The notes: generated from the letters alone by a model not told the origin. A stretch of DNA of 64,000 nucleotides from Camelus dromedarius (GCF_036321535.1 NC_087443.1:15562001-15626000); one strand, 5' to 3'; positions 20,646-35,965 are shown, counted from the stretch's first letter. Program-made: numbers and translations.

Positions 20646-23364
20646 CCTGTGTCTTCAACTGTCTCCAGCCAAGTGCGCTGGCTCTGGAGCCGTCACTAGA
20701 ATGTGGGTGCCTGGTAACCAGGTTCCATTTCGGTTGGGGTCTGTGAAGGATGTGATGTCACTTCCTGGGGTCCACTTCCTGGAAGCCCCTCCTAAGACAA
20801 CACCTCCACACACTGCCCTCAGGGCTGCTTGCCTGCTCACGCCCTTCTCCACGTGAACCCGCATCTTGCACAGTTATAGCAGCCCCGCCGTCTCTAGAGC
20901 TGCCGGGGAGGGTCTGCATGCAGCTTTGAGGAGACGCCCTGGCTTCCAGACTCCACCCCTCATACTTACCTGTTCTCCATCCTGGGGAAGTCCTGGTGTG
21001 TGTCCAGGCCCGTGTGTCTCCCCAGCTGCACAGTGGGAATGATTCTAGCAAGTACTTCCAGGGATGTCCTGAGGTGCAAGTGGAATAAGGCCTGAAAAAT
21101 TGGAGAGTGATGTCACCTGGAGGTGTTGCCTGCGACCCAAGTTATCTTCCTCTGACTTCCTCCTCCATGGCTGTTCCTCTTAGGATGCGACGCGATAATT
21201 CTTATTCAATGTCATTGTACACGGGTGTCTATGTGTGTGTCTTTGTTGGTATGTGTGTGTGTGTGTGTGTGTGTTTGCGTGCCTAAACCAGTGCTCACAC
21301 TCTGTGTCGCCAGTAGGAAACTGTCCCCACACAGGAGAAATGGGCAAGAGCATCCTGAGGTCTGAGGGTTTCAGTTCTCTAAAGCAAATGGAATGAGAAA
21401 TTCTGAGGCCCTTGCTGGAAGTTTAGAGCTCGTGAGTCAAGGCCATGCAGGTAGCAGGGCTGGAACTGGGATTATAGACAGCCTGTGTCCACTGTGCACA
21501 CTCAGTAGCACAGTCCTGGGAGCAGGAAAACTATCCACTTCTCTGATTACACAGTCTGGCACGCTGAACTTCTCCAGCTGGATATGCAGAGACCCAGGGA
21601 CAGATGGGCAGATGGAGGCTGACATCACTAGAGTGACGTGACCATCTCGTTGGCTGCTTCCTTGCCTTCATGGAGCTTCCGTCCACGTAGGAGGAAGGCC
21701 AGCGGGTAAACTGAATGACAAGGAAGGATGTAATCAGGAAGTAATAACTGCTCTGATGGAATACACTGGGGACGTGAGAGAGAGCAAGGCCACGGGCAGC
21801 ATGGCACGGAGCAAATGACAGTAGGGACCTCATGACCTGGGGGCCCGAGATCCTCAACTCGGCATCAGAGATAGCAAGGTGAGGCCGAGAGAGGGTGCCC
21901 ACCCACAGGGAGCTGGCCTCTACCTCTAGCTCCGTGTGGCGCTCTGGCCTAGCTGCTTACCATGGTCACTGCCTCCTGTTCGTGGGCACAGATGCGGCTG
22001 GACTCCATTTCCCGGCCTCCCTGGCAGTCGGGCGCGCTCAGCTGTTGAGGTCTAACGGTGGCATGTGAACTTCAGCACAGCCCATAAAGATCTCCCACAC
22101 GTTCCCCTTCACGTCCTCCTTCACGTCCTTGAGACCTGAGAAGCCATATGTCGAAGATGATCGATTCAGCGGATAAAAAGAACCTGGATCCCCGAACTCT
22201 GGCTAGGAGAAGAGCTACCCACCAAGGAAGATAAACCCATCTTGGACGTTACGCAAGGGAAGAAAAGCCCGGGATTGTATTAAGCCACTGAGATATTGGG
22301 GGTTACACGTTCAGGCAGCTCACACGCCACTGAATCGCTGAAGCCACTGTGTCATTGCCACGGCTGCTCATTTGGCCCTTTCTCAGCCTTATCGTATTAC
22401 CACTTACCTTTTTCCTTTCAGGTCACTTTTCCTTCCTATAGGTCCCACTCCCTCAACTGGGATGGCAACAGGGCAGTCAGAGGTTTGCCCTTGTAAGGTG
22501 AGTGCTTTCTCTGTTCTCTGCTCCTTAAAGCGGATTCTGCCTTCACTGCTGTAGCATGTCAATGGATGCTCTTAGGGCCCTTGAAGCCATTTGTACTTTT
22601 AGGTGGAGGAATGCTTATTGCTCTGTCTTTCAGTTTGCTTAGACGACATGCTTTCTACACTACCACGAATACGGTCCTTATCTCAGTCCTTCCCCAAATT
22701 GTGATCATGTCTGAACTAGCGGGGCCCGGGTGAGTATGACAGAACTGCTCATACGCTGCTGTAGCTGCTCATTTCCATGTCCGACTGTACGCTTTTTCAG
22801 GACAGGGAGTATTTCCTGGGCACCAGGCACAGTATCAGGCACATAGGAGGCGTTCAACGAATGCTCGCTGAAGGAACGAATAGGGTCACTCCACGTCGTC
22901 AAACACACCAGGATGCTATGGAAATAACCCGCAGCTTTTTCTCCCCCCTGCACTTTTTGGTATTTTATTTAAAAAGGTTGATTTATATAGACAGGTATTT
23001 GGGCAATTAATGAATCTTTCTTTATAATTTTGTCAATTTCCCATGTAGAGCACAATTTTTCAGGGATACATGAACATACCCATATTCATTGGAACAATGT
23101 CTTTGGCTGTGAGCTACCACAAGATCTTGTATGTATTTCCCTGTGCTATACAGTATAATCTTGTTCATCGATTCTGCATCTGCCTGTCAGTGTGTGCACA
23201 TTTCGAACTCCCGGTCTGTCCCGTCCCACGCCCCTCCCGCTTGGCAACCACAAGTTTGTTTTCTATTTGTATGAGTCTGTTTCTGTTTTGTATTTATGTT
23301 CTTTTCTGTTCCTTTTTTTCCCTTCAAAATCATCTTTAAAGCAACAGCCTAGGGAAGCCTGCTT

Positions 23365-24135
23365 CCAAGATGTCGAAGGCGTGGCCCGGGCTTCCCGCAC
23401 AGAGCTTGGGGCAGGGGGCAGGGGCGGTATGGGCTGTGCGGGGAGGGCCAGAACAGGAGGGGAGAAATCTGCGGAGCAGGGGCAGGGGAAGGGCTGGGCC
23501 AGGAGCGGAGAGCCCGGTTGGGGCGGTCTCGGCTGTGCGGGGTGAGCTGGGGCGGGGGGCGGCGTCTGCTGCGCGGGGAGAGCCTGGGCAGTGGGCAGCC
23601 TCAGCCGGGCGGGGAGATCTGGGGCGGGGAGGACCGAGGCGGGGAGAGCCTGGGCGGGGGTCGTTCTCGGCCTCGCCGGAAAGCCGGGGCTTGTGGGGCG
23701 GGGCGATCTCGGCTGTGGCGAGACAGCCTGGGAGGGGGGCGCCCTTGGCCGCTCGGGGAGATCTGGTGCGGGGGTCGTTCTCGGCCGCGCCGGGAAAGCC
23801 GGGGCATGGGGCGGGGGGCGATCTCGGCTGTGGCTGGACAGTCTGGTCCGGAGGCGGCCTCTGCCGTGCGGGAGAGCCGTGGCGCGGGGAGAGCCGGGGC
23901 GGGGTTCGGTCTCCGCTGCGCAGATCGTGGCGGCTGGGGCCTGCGGGCGGGCTGCTGTGGACAGCGCTGAGCCGCCTGCCGAGACTGTTGAGAGGCGCGC
24001 GACTCCCGGAGGCTTGGCCTGAGGTGGCTGCTGGGGGCTCGGTGCCTGCCTGGAGGCCGCAGGGAGAAGGCGGGCCTGGGGCTGGGGCTGGCGGCCCTCC
24101 AGCTCCGACAAGGGACCTGTGCCCGCGCACTACCA
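23365..24135. promoter_or_regulatory. CpG island / G-rich minisatellite, copy 3
   Basis: As copy 2. Confidence 0.85.
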
Positions 24136-24463
24136 GCTAGTCTTCACCTGCGATGTCTGTGGGACTGGGTACTCCAAGCATATCTCCAAGCTTGCCTATC
24201 ACCAGGGTGTGGTCATTGTGACCTGTCCTGGCTGCCAGACCCACCACACCACCCCGGACAACCTGGGTTGGTTCTCGGACCTGGATGGGAAGAGGAATAT
24301 TGAAGAAATCCTGGCAGTCAGAAGGGAGAAGGTATGCCAAGTGGCTGGCAAGGGGGTCCAGGAGCTTGTTTTAGAGGCTGCGGGGTCCCCCAAATCCACC
24401 AGTGCTGTGGCAGGGGCTGAGGACCAGGATCCCACCCACCCTGGCAAGAAGGAGACCAGCTGA
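23952..24463 (+). pseudogene. DNLZ: DNLZ processed retrocopy, copy 3
   Basis: Same translation and lesions as copy 1. Confidence 0.93.
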
Positions 24464-27400
24464 CTCACCTTCTGCCTTCAAGAACTATACTCTGGCCCTG
24501 GGCTGCTCTGGACGTGCCAATTTTTTTTTTTTTTTTTTTTTTTTTATCAGTAGCTATCGTTTGCAGATGTGGGGCCTGGGGGTCTCCTGCTCTCCCTGGT
24601 TCTGGAGTCAGAAGGACTCCCGAGAACCCTCTGTGGGCTGCAGCTGGGGCCTTCTGCAGCTACAGGCCATGTCCCAGTGGGAAGGGGCTGGACTTGGAGT
24701 CTGCGCCCCTCCTGGCTGTGGCTGTGTGGCCTTGGGCAGGTCACTTTGCCCCTGTGGGCCTCTGTCTTCCTGTCTCCAGATGAAAATGCTCAGAGCGCCA
24801 CCTTGTCAGGAGGACAGGCAGAAAGACAAGACTCAGAACAGACATGGGGTGGCTCAGTCCTGCCCCAAATGTCAAGGTCCCCGTCTTGCTGGTTCTCAGG
24901 GATTCCAGGAAAGGATGGCCAGTTAGCCAGTGTACTTCCCGGGTGCAGGATCAGCACCCCCACACCCATCTGCAGATCTTGTCCCTCTGGCCAGACGCAA
25001 GGAGGCCCCACAGATCCTTCTGTGGCACCTGCTGTCCCCTGGACAGCACTGGTGAACAAGTGCCAACTTCAGCCCTGACTTTTGGCCACTGGCCAAGCGG
25101 TCAGGAAAGCAGGCCACTCGCTGTCACCACTGACAGGCCAGGCAGCCGTGGTGACAAGGGGCGTGTGTGCGAGGGGTGCTTTCTGATGGGCGGTGGGCCG
25201 CGTGCCCCGCATTTGTCTCCCAGCCTTGTCTGACTGTCTTCTCAGGATGTTCCTGTGTTTATGAGAGCGTGTTTATTTCCAGAAGCCTTCTGGGCAGTGT
25301 GAGCTTCAGCATTAATCACCCAGCCACCATCTCACAGGATCCCAGCAGGATGCGCGCTCCCAGTTGCCGACCCCCTCGCCCCCGGTCCTCAGCATGGTTC
25401 TCGAGGCACTGGCAGTCTGTGCTCTGACTCGGTTACCCCCGTCCTTCCCCTTGGCGAACAAGCCTGGATTATTCCAGCCCAGAGCCCCCTGTTCCATTTG
25501 TGAAGTCCAACCTGGAGGCTGAGCCAGCAGCCCCACCACTGCCTGTTCTCCTGTGCCACAGAAGCCCCAGGTGACCCACTGGCCTTGAAATGCCTGATCT
25601 GCAGGGCTGGGTAGAGGCATGGCTGCTTTGCTGACCCCAGACAGTTAGGACCTGAATTCGGGGAGGTCCTGGGGGCTGGCTGGACTCTGAGAGTGCAGGG
25701 CTGGACCTTGGAGGGCCACTGGGACCAATCCCGCCCTCCACGGATGCGGAAACAGAGGCCTGTGGTTTGGACATGTATGCTAGCCGTTTTTTATTGTCTG
25801 TTTTCTGACACTTTGACATCTGGGTCCCACTGACCCTGGAGGGGCTGCCCGTCCCAGGGCTAGTCAGTTCCTAGAGACAGTAGAAGATGCCAGTGAGCAC
25901 ACCCAGGGCGGGGACAGACAAGTAGGGGCAGCCCCTCCACCCAGAGATGCTGATTCCTCCCACCTGCTAGTCCTGCCTCCCTGTTGCTCGCCATGGAAAC
26001 CACAAGAGAGGCTCTTGCCCACTTTTTCCCCTCCCCTGCCTCCTGACCCGCGAGGGCCCTGCTGATGCTCCTCCAAGGGCAGTGCCCCATCTGCACGGAT
26101 GCTTCTCAGCCCAGCCAGGGCCCAGTGGTCCAAGTGAGCCCACTTTGTGCGAGGCCAGGCTGCCACTGACTTCAAGACTTCAGAAAGACATCTCAGATGC
26201 GAAGGGACCCATCACAGGAATGTCCATATGTTTTTCCTTCTAAGCCATGACTCAGGAGTAAAAGCAAAATAACATTGTGTTCAGATCCAAGAGACTCAGA
26301 GAGTTTGCCGCTGTCAGGCTGTCACTGAGAGTGAGGACGGTTGGATTGAAGGAAGAAATGAACGAATCCCAGAAGGAACGAGTGGAGCGTGAGACACGAG
26401 GTGGGGAAATGGGTGAGGGCAGGTCTGTCTGACAGTCATGACTGTGTAAATCAAGCATCGGGGGTTAGTAAGAACGATTATCATGAGTAATGAGAAGGCA
26501 AAAACCTCTGTGGTTCGGTGTTGTGTCCTGGCCATCACCGGCCACCCTACCAGGGCTCAGGAAGCCTGAGCTGAGGTAGAAAGGGCAGAAAAATACCTAT
26601 ATACTAGTCACTCACATCCATCTGTGTAAGAAGAATTGTGCACCATGAACAAGTGGGAAAGATTCCTGGAATGCAGGGTGGCTTCACCCTAGAAAAATGC
26701 ATGAGTATATACTCCATTCCATTAACAGTGTGAGGAGAAAAAACAGGATCATCCCAATGAATGCCGAGAAGGAAATGGATGAATTCACCACCATCTTCTG
26801 AATTTCATGGAAACATGAGAAATTTAAAGGGTCATATACACACAATGTTTTTTTCTTCAATAACTCTAGCCCAACTGGATAATAACAATTTTTAGAAGTA
26901 TCACAGCATTATATACTGCGTTATAGCACAATATCACTTCAAACTGTTCCTCATGCTGTGCGTCAGGTCTTTTAGAGCCTCATCAGAGAAATGGCTCCAT
27001 TTAGTAGGGATGCTCATTGCAAGAAAAACATGCTTCCTTTATGCCATCGAATTTAACATAGATTGTTCAGGAGAAACCCCCCCATTATGACAGTCATGCA
27101 GAGCGGTATTTCTCCATGTGGTGACTGATTCCTAAATTCAGTCCCATAGAGGAACTACAGGTCTGTAGGATCTAATATTCTGACTTTGGATCCCTGAGGG
27201 AGTCAGAGGTGTCCCCTGAGTCCTAGAGTGGAGAGCCACACAGCAGGAGAGTCAAGGGGGCCAAAATGAGAACGGAAGTGAGAGCAGATGGTGAGATGTG
27301 ATGTGGGAGAGCCCTGGGATCATGTGGGTCCTGGCTGAGGGGCTCTGTGGGAAGGTCTTCAGGAGTAAACGGCCTGGCAGGTGTGGCAGGTGAGGAAGGT

Positions 27401-28159
27401 GCCTATGTATGATCACCTCCTGTCAGGAAAGCTCCAGGAGTGGCCCCATTTCAAATATATTCCCGAACCTGTCCTATCTTCCCTCCCAACTGTATTCACT
27501 CAGCAATACGTGTACATCTTCTTGGCCAAGTGCTGGGCTGGAGATCTGTAATATGCTCAAAACCAGGCATAGACTCTGCTCCCAGGTGGCTGAGCGTTCG
27601 TTATACTACAATCCAGGGAAAGCCGTTGTAGGTAGAGGAGCAGGTAATTGAAATCAAAACCTGTCCCTCTCCCGCAGTTCTTATCATCACTGTTCTTTCT
27701 TCTGACACTTTAGGATACACAGGATTGTAGCAAAGCGCCCCAGGCGAAAGCAGACTCAGTGCTCTGGGGATAGAAGTCGATGCGGACCCACCTTGGCTGT
27801 GCTGAGCAGGAGAAATTCCCCGGTGAGTGACTCTCACCGAGACCTACTGCCCTGCTTCAATTGTCTCCTAGGGATTCAGGGACAACCCCACTGTCCTGTG
27901 AGCAGACCTCTTTCTACCCAAATCTACATCACACACACACAAGGCAACATGAATTAAAATATCTCTACTACATTGCACTGATTGTCAAAGTCTTTTATTT
28001 AAATAGATATTTACAAACGCAGACGGTTGGAGGGAGAGAGGAAGGGACAGAGGTGGACACAGATGGGTGCTGGACACAGACTAACACATGTCTGTGTATC
28101 CCAAGGGACAACTTCCACTCAGTGGCCAACTTCTTTTTGTGAATTACAGTGTATTGAGA

Positions 28160-31100
28160 TTAGACCTGAAATGAGATTGAAGGAAAAAACCAAAGCTCTA
28201 TAGCTTAAAGAAATCCTCACTTTCTAAAACATGTTCTGAGGGGGGCTAAATTGGGAAGGACCACGTTGGAATGGAACAGTGTTTCTCAGAAGCAGTGACA
28301 CCCCTCCCTCTGGTGGCCATATGGGAATGGCAAGTGAGCTGCTGGCTCCATGGATGTCGGACAAACAGGCAACATTCACACAAACACAACATCAGTCTCA
28401 CTGCTGGAAAAAAACAAACCCTCTAAGATCAAAATTCGGGGTTGCCTTCTATGTCCTTGTCTTGATCATGACATGACCGGCCACTTACCAAGGGCGGGGT
28501 CTCAGGGAGTGTTGATGGAGGCCCTGAGCTGGGCACCGGGTCCACAGCAGACAAGGGAGAGGAGGCCGCTGCCTCACAGGACCTGCAGGGAGAGATTGGG
28601 AACATGCTGGGTTCACTTGTCCACATCCCCGCCCGGTGTGCCTGGTGCAGAGAAGTGAGTGTATCCAAACAAAGACATGTAGGGCACTTTGATGTTTCTA
28701 TTAACAATAAAACACAAACACAACAGGCCGCAAGGAATATGTTATCACCTCTAAGAGTAATCCGGAATTGTAAATCACAGACACCTCAAGAACAGTGGGC
28801 GTCCCGGGCCTGAAGGCGACGGGAGGCAGCAGAGCCTGACTGATACTTACAGCGCGTCCCTCTGCTCTGGCTCTGGTGCTGTTGCAGGCAGGAGAGCTGG
28901 AGCTGGCTCTCCATCCAGAGGGGCTTCCCCAGCGGGTTCTGGAGCTGGTGCTGTAGCTCCAAGAAGGGAAACTCTCATCAATAGGACTGCTTTCCCACGT
29001 GTCTCCCAAAGCCAGGGGAGCCCTCACTGCTACTCAATCAACTCTCACTCCCTGACTCCACCCCCAGGGAGTCTTCCCAGACTCTGCTCTGTGGGGTCCA
29101 GTGCCTTCCCCTCCCCACCCACCAGATCCCCCACCCTGCATCCTGCTCACCATCACTGTCTGCCTCTGGGAGCTCCAGTTGCTCCAGCTGTGCCAGGAGG
29201 AGGTGGGCCTGCTGCTCCAGGTCGGAGCCAGGCATGCTGAGCTCTACGTAAGCGACAATGGTCTTAAGGCATGGGAATTCTGGAGGCTGGTGGAAATCGT
29301 CTGGGTACTGGAACAGCCAGGTGCCCAGGATGGAGGACATGGCCCTGGGGGTAGTCAGGGGGACACCAGGGTCAGAGGCTTGGCCTTTCCTACCATGCTG
29401 GGCTCCCAGGGTAGCCCTGCGGGGACCTGGGCCTTTTTGCCTTTGGCTCCTGCCCATCCAGAGGCCGGCTCTGCTCCATGTCCCATCTCAGCTGGCAGTG
29501 TGGGCAGAGGCGGGCTTGGACACAGAGGAGGGGCTGCTACCAGCCTTCTGAAGGGACAGCCCTGGCTCAGTGGTGTGACCACCTGTCCACCACTTCAGGG
29601 ACAACTGTCACACTGCTATGTCCCTCTCCCTGCCCCTCCCCACTGGATGGCACATCTGTGAGGACAGGCAGGCTGTGCGTTCTGGGCACTGCCCTCTAAG
29701 GGACACGGGAGCTGCTCTATCAGTGCCTGAGCCAGGAGGGAACAGACAGGCTGTGTCGGCCATCCAGGCTGCCCACGGGCCTCCTAACTCCACAGACTTT
29801 AGCTCCTGCACCTGCTGGCTGCAGAATCCTCCAGGGACCCTGCCTGGGTCTCCTTCTGCCCCTGCCACTCAGCATCATCAGGATGGGCTCAGCTGTCCCC
29901 TGAGGCTCACTGGGTCCCCTGAGCACCAGCTGAGTCCCCACCATTGAGGCTCCACTAGATGGTGGGCAGGATGCTCTCCACCCCTTGCGTTCTGTGTCTC
30001 CCATAGGGCGTGTGGGCAGGGATGGGATGTGTAGGGGATGGTTGTGGGTTTTCTTCAGGGTTGACTCTGTCTTCTGACCTCCCAGCTGCCCCTCACAGCA
30101 CCACAGTCCCATCCACAGCTCTCTGGGTCTCGTCTCCTCTTTGCCAGGGGAAGCCCTAGGACTTTTGCTCTCAAACCAGACTCACTGGATATGTGGGATC
30201 CTGGATTCTGCCCACCTTGGACCAACCAGAGAGCCCAGAGCTTCACACACTATTTGGGGAAGGAGTCCTTCCCGCTTCAATCCAAAAGACTCACTGTTTC
30301 AGCTGGTGCAGGGGTCCCCCGTCCTCTTCCATAACAGGGAGGATGCATCCGTATCTAGAGGAGAGCAGGAAGGCGTCACATGGACTGTCCCGAGCACACT
30401 AGCTGGATGTGCTGTCTAGTGTGACAGTGTGACACCCCAGAGAATGGAAGCCCTGGAGGGCAGGGCTGATGTCTGCTCGATGCATTAAATGATGGTTGTT
30501 CCTAGAAAAGCCCCTCGCCCTGGGGGCCCTTCCTATACATTGGAGGAATGAGTGAGTGAGCCCACCCGGCCCCACAGCGCACATCTGAGTGGGCCTGGGA
30601 CCCCACTTGTCCCTCCCAGGGATCCCTGCTCTCACTCTCCCAGGACAGGGACAGCTAATGGCGTCACAGATCCCCTTTGAAATGGGAAAACAGTTCCACC
30701 CAAGGCCAAAGTCCCAGTGACACAGGAGGCAGACGCTAGCTCTTGGGCAGGAGGACAATGACAAATTCGCACAACCACAGCCCCGCCAGCTGCTCTTGCC
30801 CTGAGCCAGGTCCCCAGAGAGCACCTTCCGTGAAGGTCTCCCTCTGATCCTACCCTCCTAGGGCCTGATCCTCTCTTGACCCCAGGGTGCAGGGGGGAAA
30901 CTGAGGCTTAGGGAGGTAGAGGAACAATGCCTCATGGCACTGCTGGTAGGTGGCCAGGTCCCCAATGTCCCATGAAGACAGAGTGCTCACCTCCGGAACA
31001 GATGGTCCAGCACCTGCTGGGCGGTGGCAAAAGTTCGATAATTGCCCAGAAATGTGTTCACATAGGAGGGGTGGCCGCCCAGGACGGCAGGCACCAGCTT

Positions 31101-32467
31101 TGCCACCAGCTTCTCCAGCCTGTGTCGCTGGAGGCTCCAAGCCCTGTAGGCCTCATCCCTGCTCCCTGATGGTCCAGCTCCACCCTGGGGTGGAAAGAGG
31201 AGAGATGTGAATCAGAGGCAGCACCGGGGACCCCCAGGCACTTGGGGCTGGAGATTAGACCGAATCCTCAAGCCTCAAGCTCTTGTGACTGAGGTGGAAG
31301 AGGGGAGCCCTGAGCAGATCCAAGGTTCTCGGCATCACCAGTACGAGGGGCGAAGGGCGATGATGAAATGCATCAGTGCCTCAGATCCCTGTGTCAGCAC
31401 CGCAGTGCCGGCCCCTCCCTGCATGCACCACTTCATCCCCGTGACTGCGGTCACACATCCCATTCTAGGGATGAGAACACAGCGGCTGAGCCTGGGGTGG
31501 GTGGGCTCAGGATATTCAGTTTAATGTGGACACGTGGGGATGTAGAAGAAACAGGACAACGTGTAGAAAAATGCAGAAACACCCTTGACTGTACATATAC
31601 TGAAGTTCTGTCCAAGTCTCTTTCTCAGATTTGGACTCATATGTGGGCACTGACTTTGCGTCTGGCTAAGGCAGGGCCTGGGATGTGACGGCAGATGGGG
31701 GAGACGGGGCATCAGATCCCTTTGCCAGCAGCTCTCTTAAGAGGCAGCCCAGGGGAGAAGCGGGGCAGCAGTGGGGCCCGGGGCTTCCTGGGTGTGGATT
31801 CTCCTCGCTCACACTCACACTGAGCGCGTCCTTGGCTCTGCTGCTGTCGTGGGGCACCTGCGCCTCCTGCAGGGAGGTGGCGCGGGGTTCTCCATGGACC
31901 AGTTCCTGTCCCGTCCCTTGTGTTGAGTCCTGTAAATACAGTGCCCAGAGGCCAGGCAGCAGCCTCAGAACCCTGTCTGGTTGTCCGACCCATAAGAAAT
32001 CTCCAGTCCTGACACACATCCACCACTGTCTGCACAGACCTCCTTCAGGGGCAGAAAAGCTGACAAAGTGGGAGCCTTGTATTCCCATTGACACAGAGAA
32101 GATGCCCCTCAGGGGTCCTCTTTCCCCCTTATCAGCCCTGTCCTTGGGTGCGGCCATGACAGGACCACCAGGTTACCAAGTGTTCAACAAGCCATTCCTG
32201 CCCAGAGGGGACACCTCCTCTCAAGTCCCCCTTCAGCGACATGGAGATGAGGGAAAGCGGGCCTGCCCAGGGAGGGCCCCCAGTGGAGGCCGGTCCCACA
32301 CTGGCCTTCTCCAGGCCACCCTGCGTTACCTTAGGTGACCTGCGCAAAATAGGCCACAGGCGTCTGGGTGGAGGGTTCCACAGACGCCTACAGCCACCGA
32401 AGAACCTCGCAGTCCAGGGTTTCCTGGCGGAGAAGCCCCGGGAGACCGGGAAACAAGAGGAGAACAT
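28160..32467 (-). CDS. RALGDS-like: RalGDS-like REM-only protein, copy 3, intact; join(32330-32467, 31819-31929, 30991-31184, 30295-30354, 29151-29344, 28851-28950, 28489-28582, 28160-28165)
   Basis: Offset +23647. ATG and splice sites are retained; G->V change in exon 7 (DPVPSSG). Confidence 0.85.
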
Positions 32468-33070
32468 CCTGTGTCTTCAACTGTCTCCAGCCAAGTGCGC
32501 TGGCTCTGGAGCCGTCACTAGAATGTGGGTGCCTGGTAACCAGGTTCCATTTCGGTTGGGGTCTGTGAAGGATGTGATGTCACTTCCTGGGGTCCACTTC
32601 CTGGAAGCCCCTCCTCAGACAACACCTCCACACACTGCCCTCAGGGCTGCTTGCCTGCTCACGCCCTTCTCCACGTGAACCCGCATCTTGCACAGTTATA
32701 GCAGCCCCGCCGTCTCTAGAGCTGCCGGGGAGGGTCTGCATGCAGCTTTGAGGAGACGCCCTGGCTTCCAGACTCCACCCCTCATACTTACCTGTTCTCC
32801 ATCCTGGGGAAGTCCTGGTGTGTGTCCAGGCCCGTGTGTCTCCCCAGCTGCACAGTGGGAATGATTCTAGCAAGTACTTCCAGGGACGTCCTGAGGTGCA
32901 AGTGGAATAAGGCCTAAAAAATTGGAGAGTGATGTCACCTGGAGGTGTTGCCTGCGACCCAAGTTATCTTCCTCTGACTTCCTCCTCCATGGCTGTTCCT
33001 CTTAGGATGTGACGCGATAATTCTTATTCAACGTCATTGTACACGGGTGTCTATGTGTGTGTCTTTGTTG

Positions 33071-33107
<37 letters not shown>

Positions 33108-35194
33108 TGTGCCTAAACCAGTGCTCACACTCTGTGTCGCCAGTAGGAAATTGTCCCCACACAGGAGAAATGGGCAAGAGCATCCTGAGGTCTGAGGGTT
33201 TCAGTTCTCTAAAGCAAATGGAATGAGAAATTCTGAGGCCCTTGCTGGAAGTTTAGAGCTCGTGAGTCAAGGCCATGCAGGTAGCAGGGCTGGAACTGGG
33301 ATTATAGACAGCCTGTGTCCACTGTGCACACTCAGTAGCACAGTCCTGGGAGCAGGAAAACTGTCCACTTCTCTGATTACACAGTCTGGCACGCTGAACT
33401 TCTCCAGCTGGATATGCAGAGACCCAGGGACAGATGGGCAGATGGAGGCTGACATCACTAGAGTGACGTGACCATCTCGTTGGCTGCTTCCTTGCCTTCA
33501 TGGAGCTTCCGTCCACGTAGGAGGAAGGCCAGCGGGTAAACTGAATGACAAGGAAGGATGTAATCAGGAAGTAATAACTGCTCTGATGGAATACACTGGG
33601 GACGTGAGAGAGAGCAAGGCCACGGGCAGCATGGCACGGAGCAAATGACAGTAGGGACCTCATGACCTGGGGGCCCGAGATCCTCAACTCGGCATCAGAG
33701 ATAGCAAGGTGAGGCCGAGAGAGGGTGCCCACCCACAGGGAGCTGGCCTCTACCTCTAGCTCCGTGTGGCGCTCTGGCCTAGCTGCTTACCATGGTCACT
33801 GCCTCCTGTTCGTGGGCACAGATGCGGCTGGACTCCATTTCCCGGCCTCCCTGGCAGTCGGGCGCGCTCAGCTGTTGAGGTCTAACGGTGGCATGTGAAC
33901 TTCAGCACAGCCCATAAAGATCTCCCACACGTTCCCCTTCATGTCCTCCTTCACGTCCTTGAGACCTGAGAAGCCATATGTCGAAGATGATCGATTCAGC
34001 GGATAAAAAGAACCTGGATCCCCGAACTCTGGCTAGGAGAAGAGCTACCCACCAAGGAAGATAAACCCATCTTGGACGTTACGCAAGGGAAGAAAAGCCC
34101 GGGATTGTATTAAGCCACTGAGATATTGGGGGTTACACGTTCAGGCAGCTCACACGCCACTGAATCGCTGAAGCCACTGTGTCATTGCCACGGCTGCTCA
34201 TTTGGCCCTTTCTCAGCCTTATCGTATTACCACTTACCTTTTTCCTTTCAGGTCACTTTTCCTTCCTATAGGTCCCACTCCCTCAACTGGGATGGCAACA
34301 GGGCAGTCAGAGGTTTGCCCTTGTAAGGTGAGTGCTTTCTCTGTTCTCTGCTCCTTAAAGCGGATTCTGCCTTCACTGCTGTAGCATGTCAATGGATGCT
34401 CTTAGGGCCCTTGAAGCCATTTGTACTTTTAGGTGGAGGAATGCTTATTGCTCTGTCTTTCAGTTTGCTTAGACGACATGCTTTCTACACTACCACGAAT
34501 ACGGTCCTTATCTCAGTCCTTCCCCAAATTGTGATCATGTCTGAACTAGCGGGGCCCGGGTGAGTATGACAGAACTGCTCATACGCTGCTGTAGCTGCTC
34601 ATTTCCATGTCCGACTGTACGCTTTTTCAGGACAGGGAGTATTTCCTGGGCACCAGGCACAGTATCAGGCACATAGGAGGCGTTCAACGAATGCTCGCTG
34701 AAGGAACGAATAGGGTCACTCCACGTCGTCAAACACACCAGGATGCTATGGAAATAACCCGCAGCTTTTTCTCCCCCCTGCACTTTTTGGTATTTTATTT
34801 AAAAAGGTTGATTTATATAGACAGGTATTTGGGCAATTAATGAATCTTTCTTTATAATTTTGTCAATTTCCCATGTAGAGCACAATTTTTCAGGGATACA
34901 TGAACATACCCATATTCATTGGAACAATGTCTTTGGCTGTGAGCTACCACAAGATCTTGTATGTATTTCCCTGTGCTATACAGTATAATCTTGTTCATCG
35001 ATTCTGCATCTGCCTGTCAGTGTGTGCACATTTCGAACTCCCGGTCTGTCCCGTCCCACGCCCCTCCCGCTTGGCAACCACAAGTTTGTTTTCTATTTGT
35101 ATGAGTCTGTTTCTGTTTTGTATTTATGTTCTTTTCTGTTCCTTTTTTTCCCTTCAAAATCATCTTTAAAGCAACAGCCTAGGGAAGCCTGCTT

Positions 35195-35965
35195 CCAAGA
35201 TGTCGAAGGCGTGGCCCGGGCTTCCCGCACAGAGCTTGGGGCAGGGGGCAGGGGCGGTATGGGCTGTGCGGGGAGGGCCAGAACAGGAGGGGAGAAATCT
35301 GCGGAGCAGGGGCAGGGGAAGGGCTGGGCCAGGAGCGGAGAGCCCGGTTGGGGCGGTCTCGGCTGTGCGGGGTGAGCTGGGGCGGGGGGCGGCGTCTGCT
35401 GCGCGGGGAGAGCCTGGGCAGTGGGCAGCCTCAGCCGGGCGGGGAGATCTGGGGCGGGGAGGACCGAGGCGGGGAGAGCCTGGGCGGGGGTCGTTCTCGG
35501 CCTCGCCGGAAAGCCGGGGCTTGTGGGGCGGGGCGATCTCGGCTGTGGCGAGACAGCCTGGGAGGGGGGCGCCCTTGGCCGCTCGGGGAGATCTGGTGCG
35601 GGGGTCGTTCTCGGCCGCGCCGGGAAAGCCGGGGCATGGGGCGGGGGGCGATCTCGGCTGTGGCTGGACAGTCTGGTCCGGAGGCGGCCTCTGCCGTGCG
35701 GGAGAGCCGTGGCGCGGGGAGAGCCGGGGCGGGGTTCGGTCTCCGCTGCGCAGATCGTGGCGGCTGGGGCCTGCGGGCGGGCTGCTGTGGACAGCGCTGA
35801 GCCGCCTGCCGAGACTGTTGAGAGGCGCGCGACTCCCGGAGGCTTGGCCTGAGGTGGCTGCTGGGGGCTCGGTGCCTGCCTGGAGGCCGCAGGGAGAAGG
35901 CGGGCCTGGGGCTGGGGCTGGCGGCCCTCCAGCTCCGACAAGGGACCTGTGCCCGCGCACTACCA
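35195..35965. promoter_or_regulatory. CpG island / G-rich minisatellite, copy 4
   Basis: As copy 2. Confidence 0.85.
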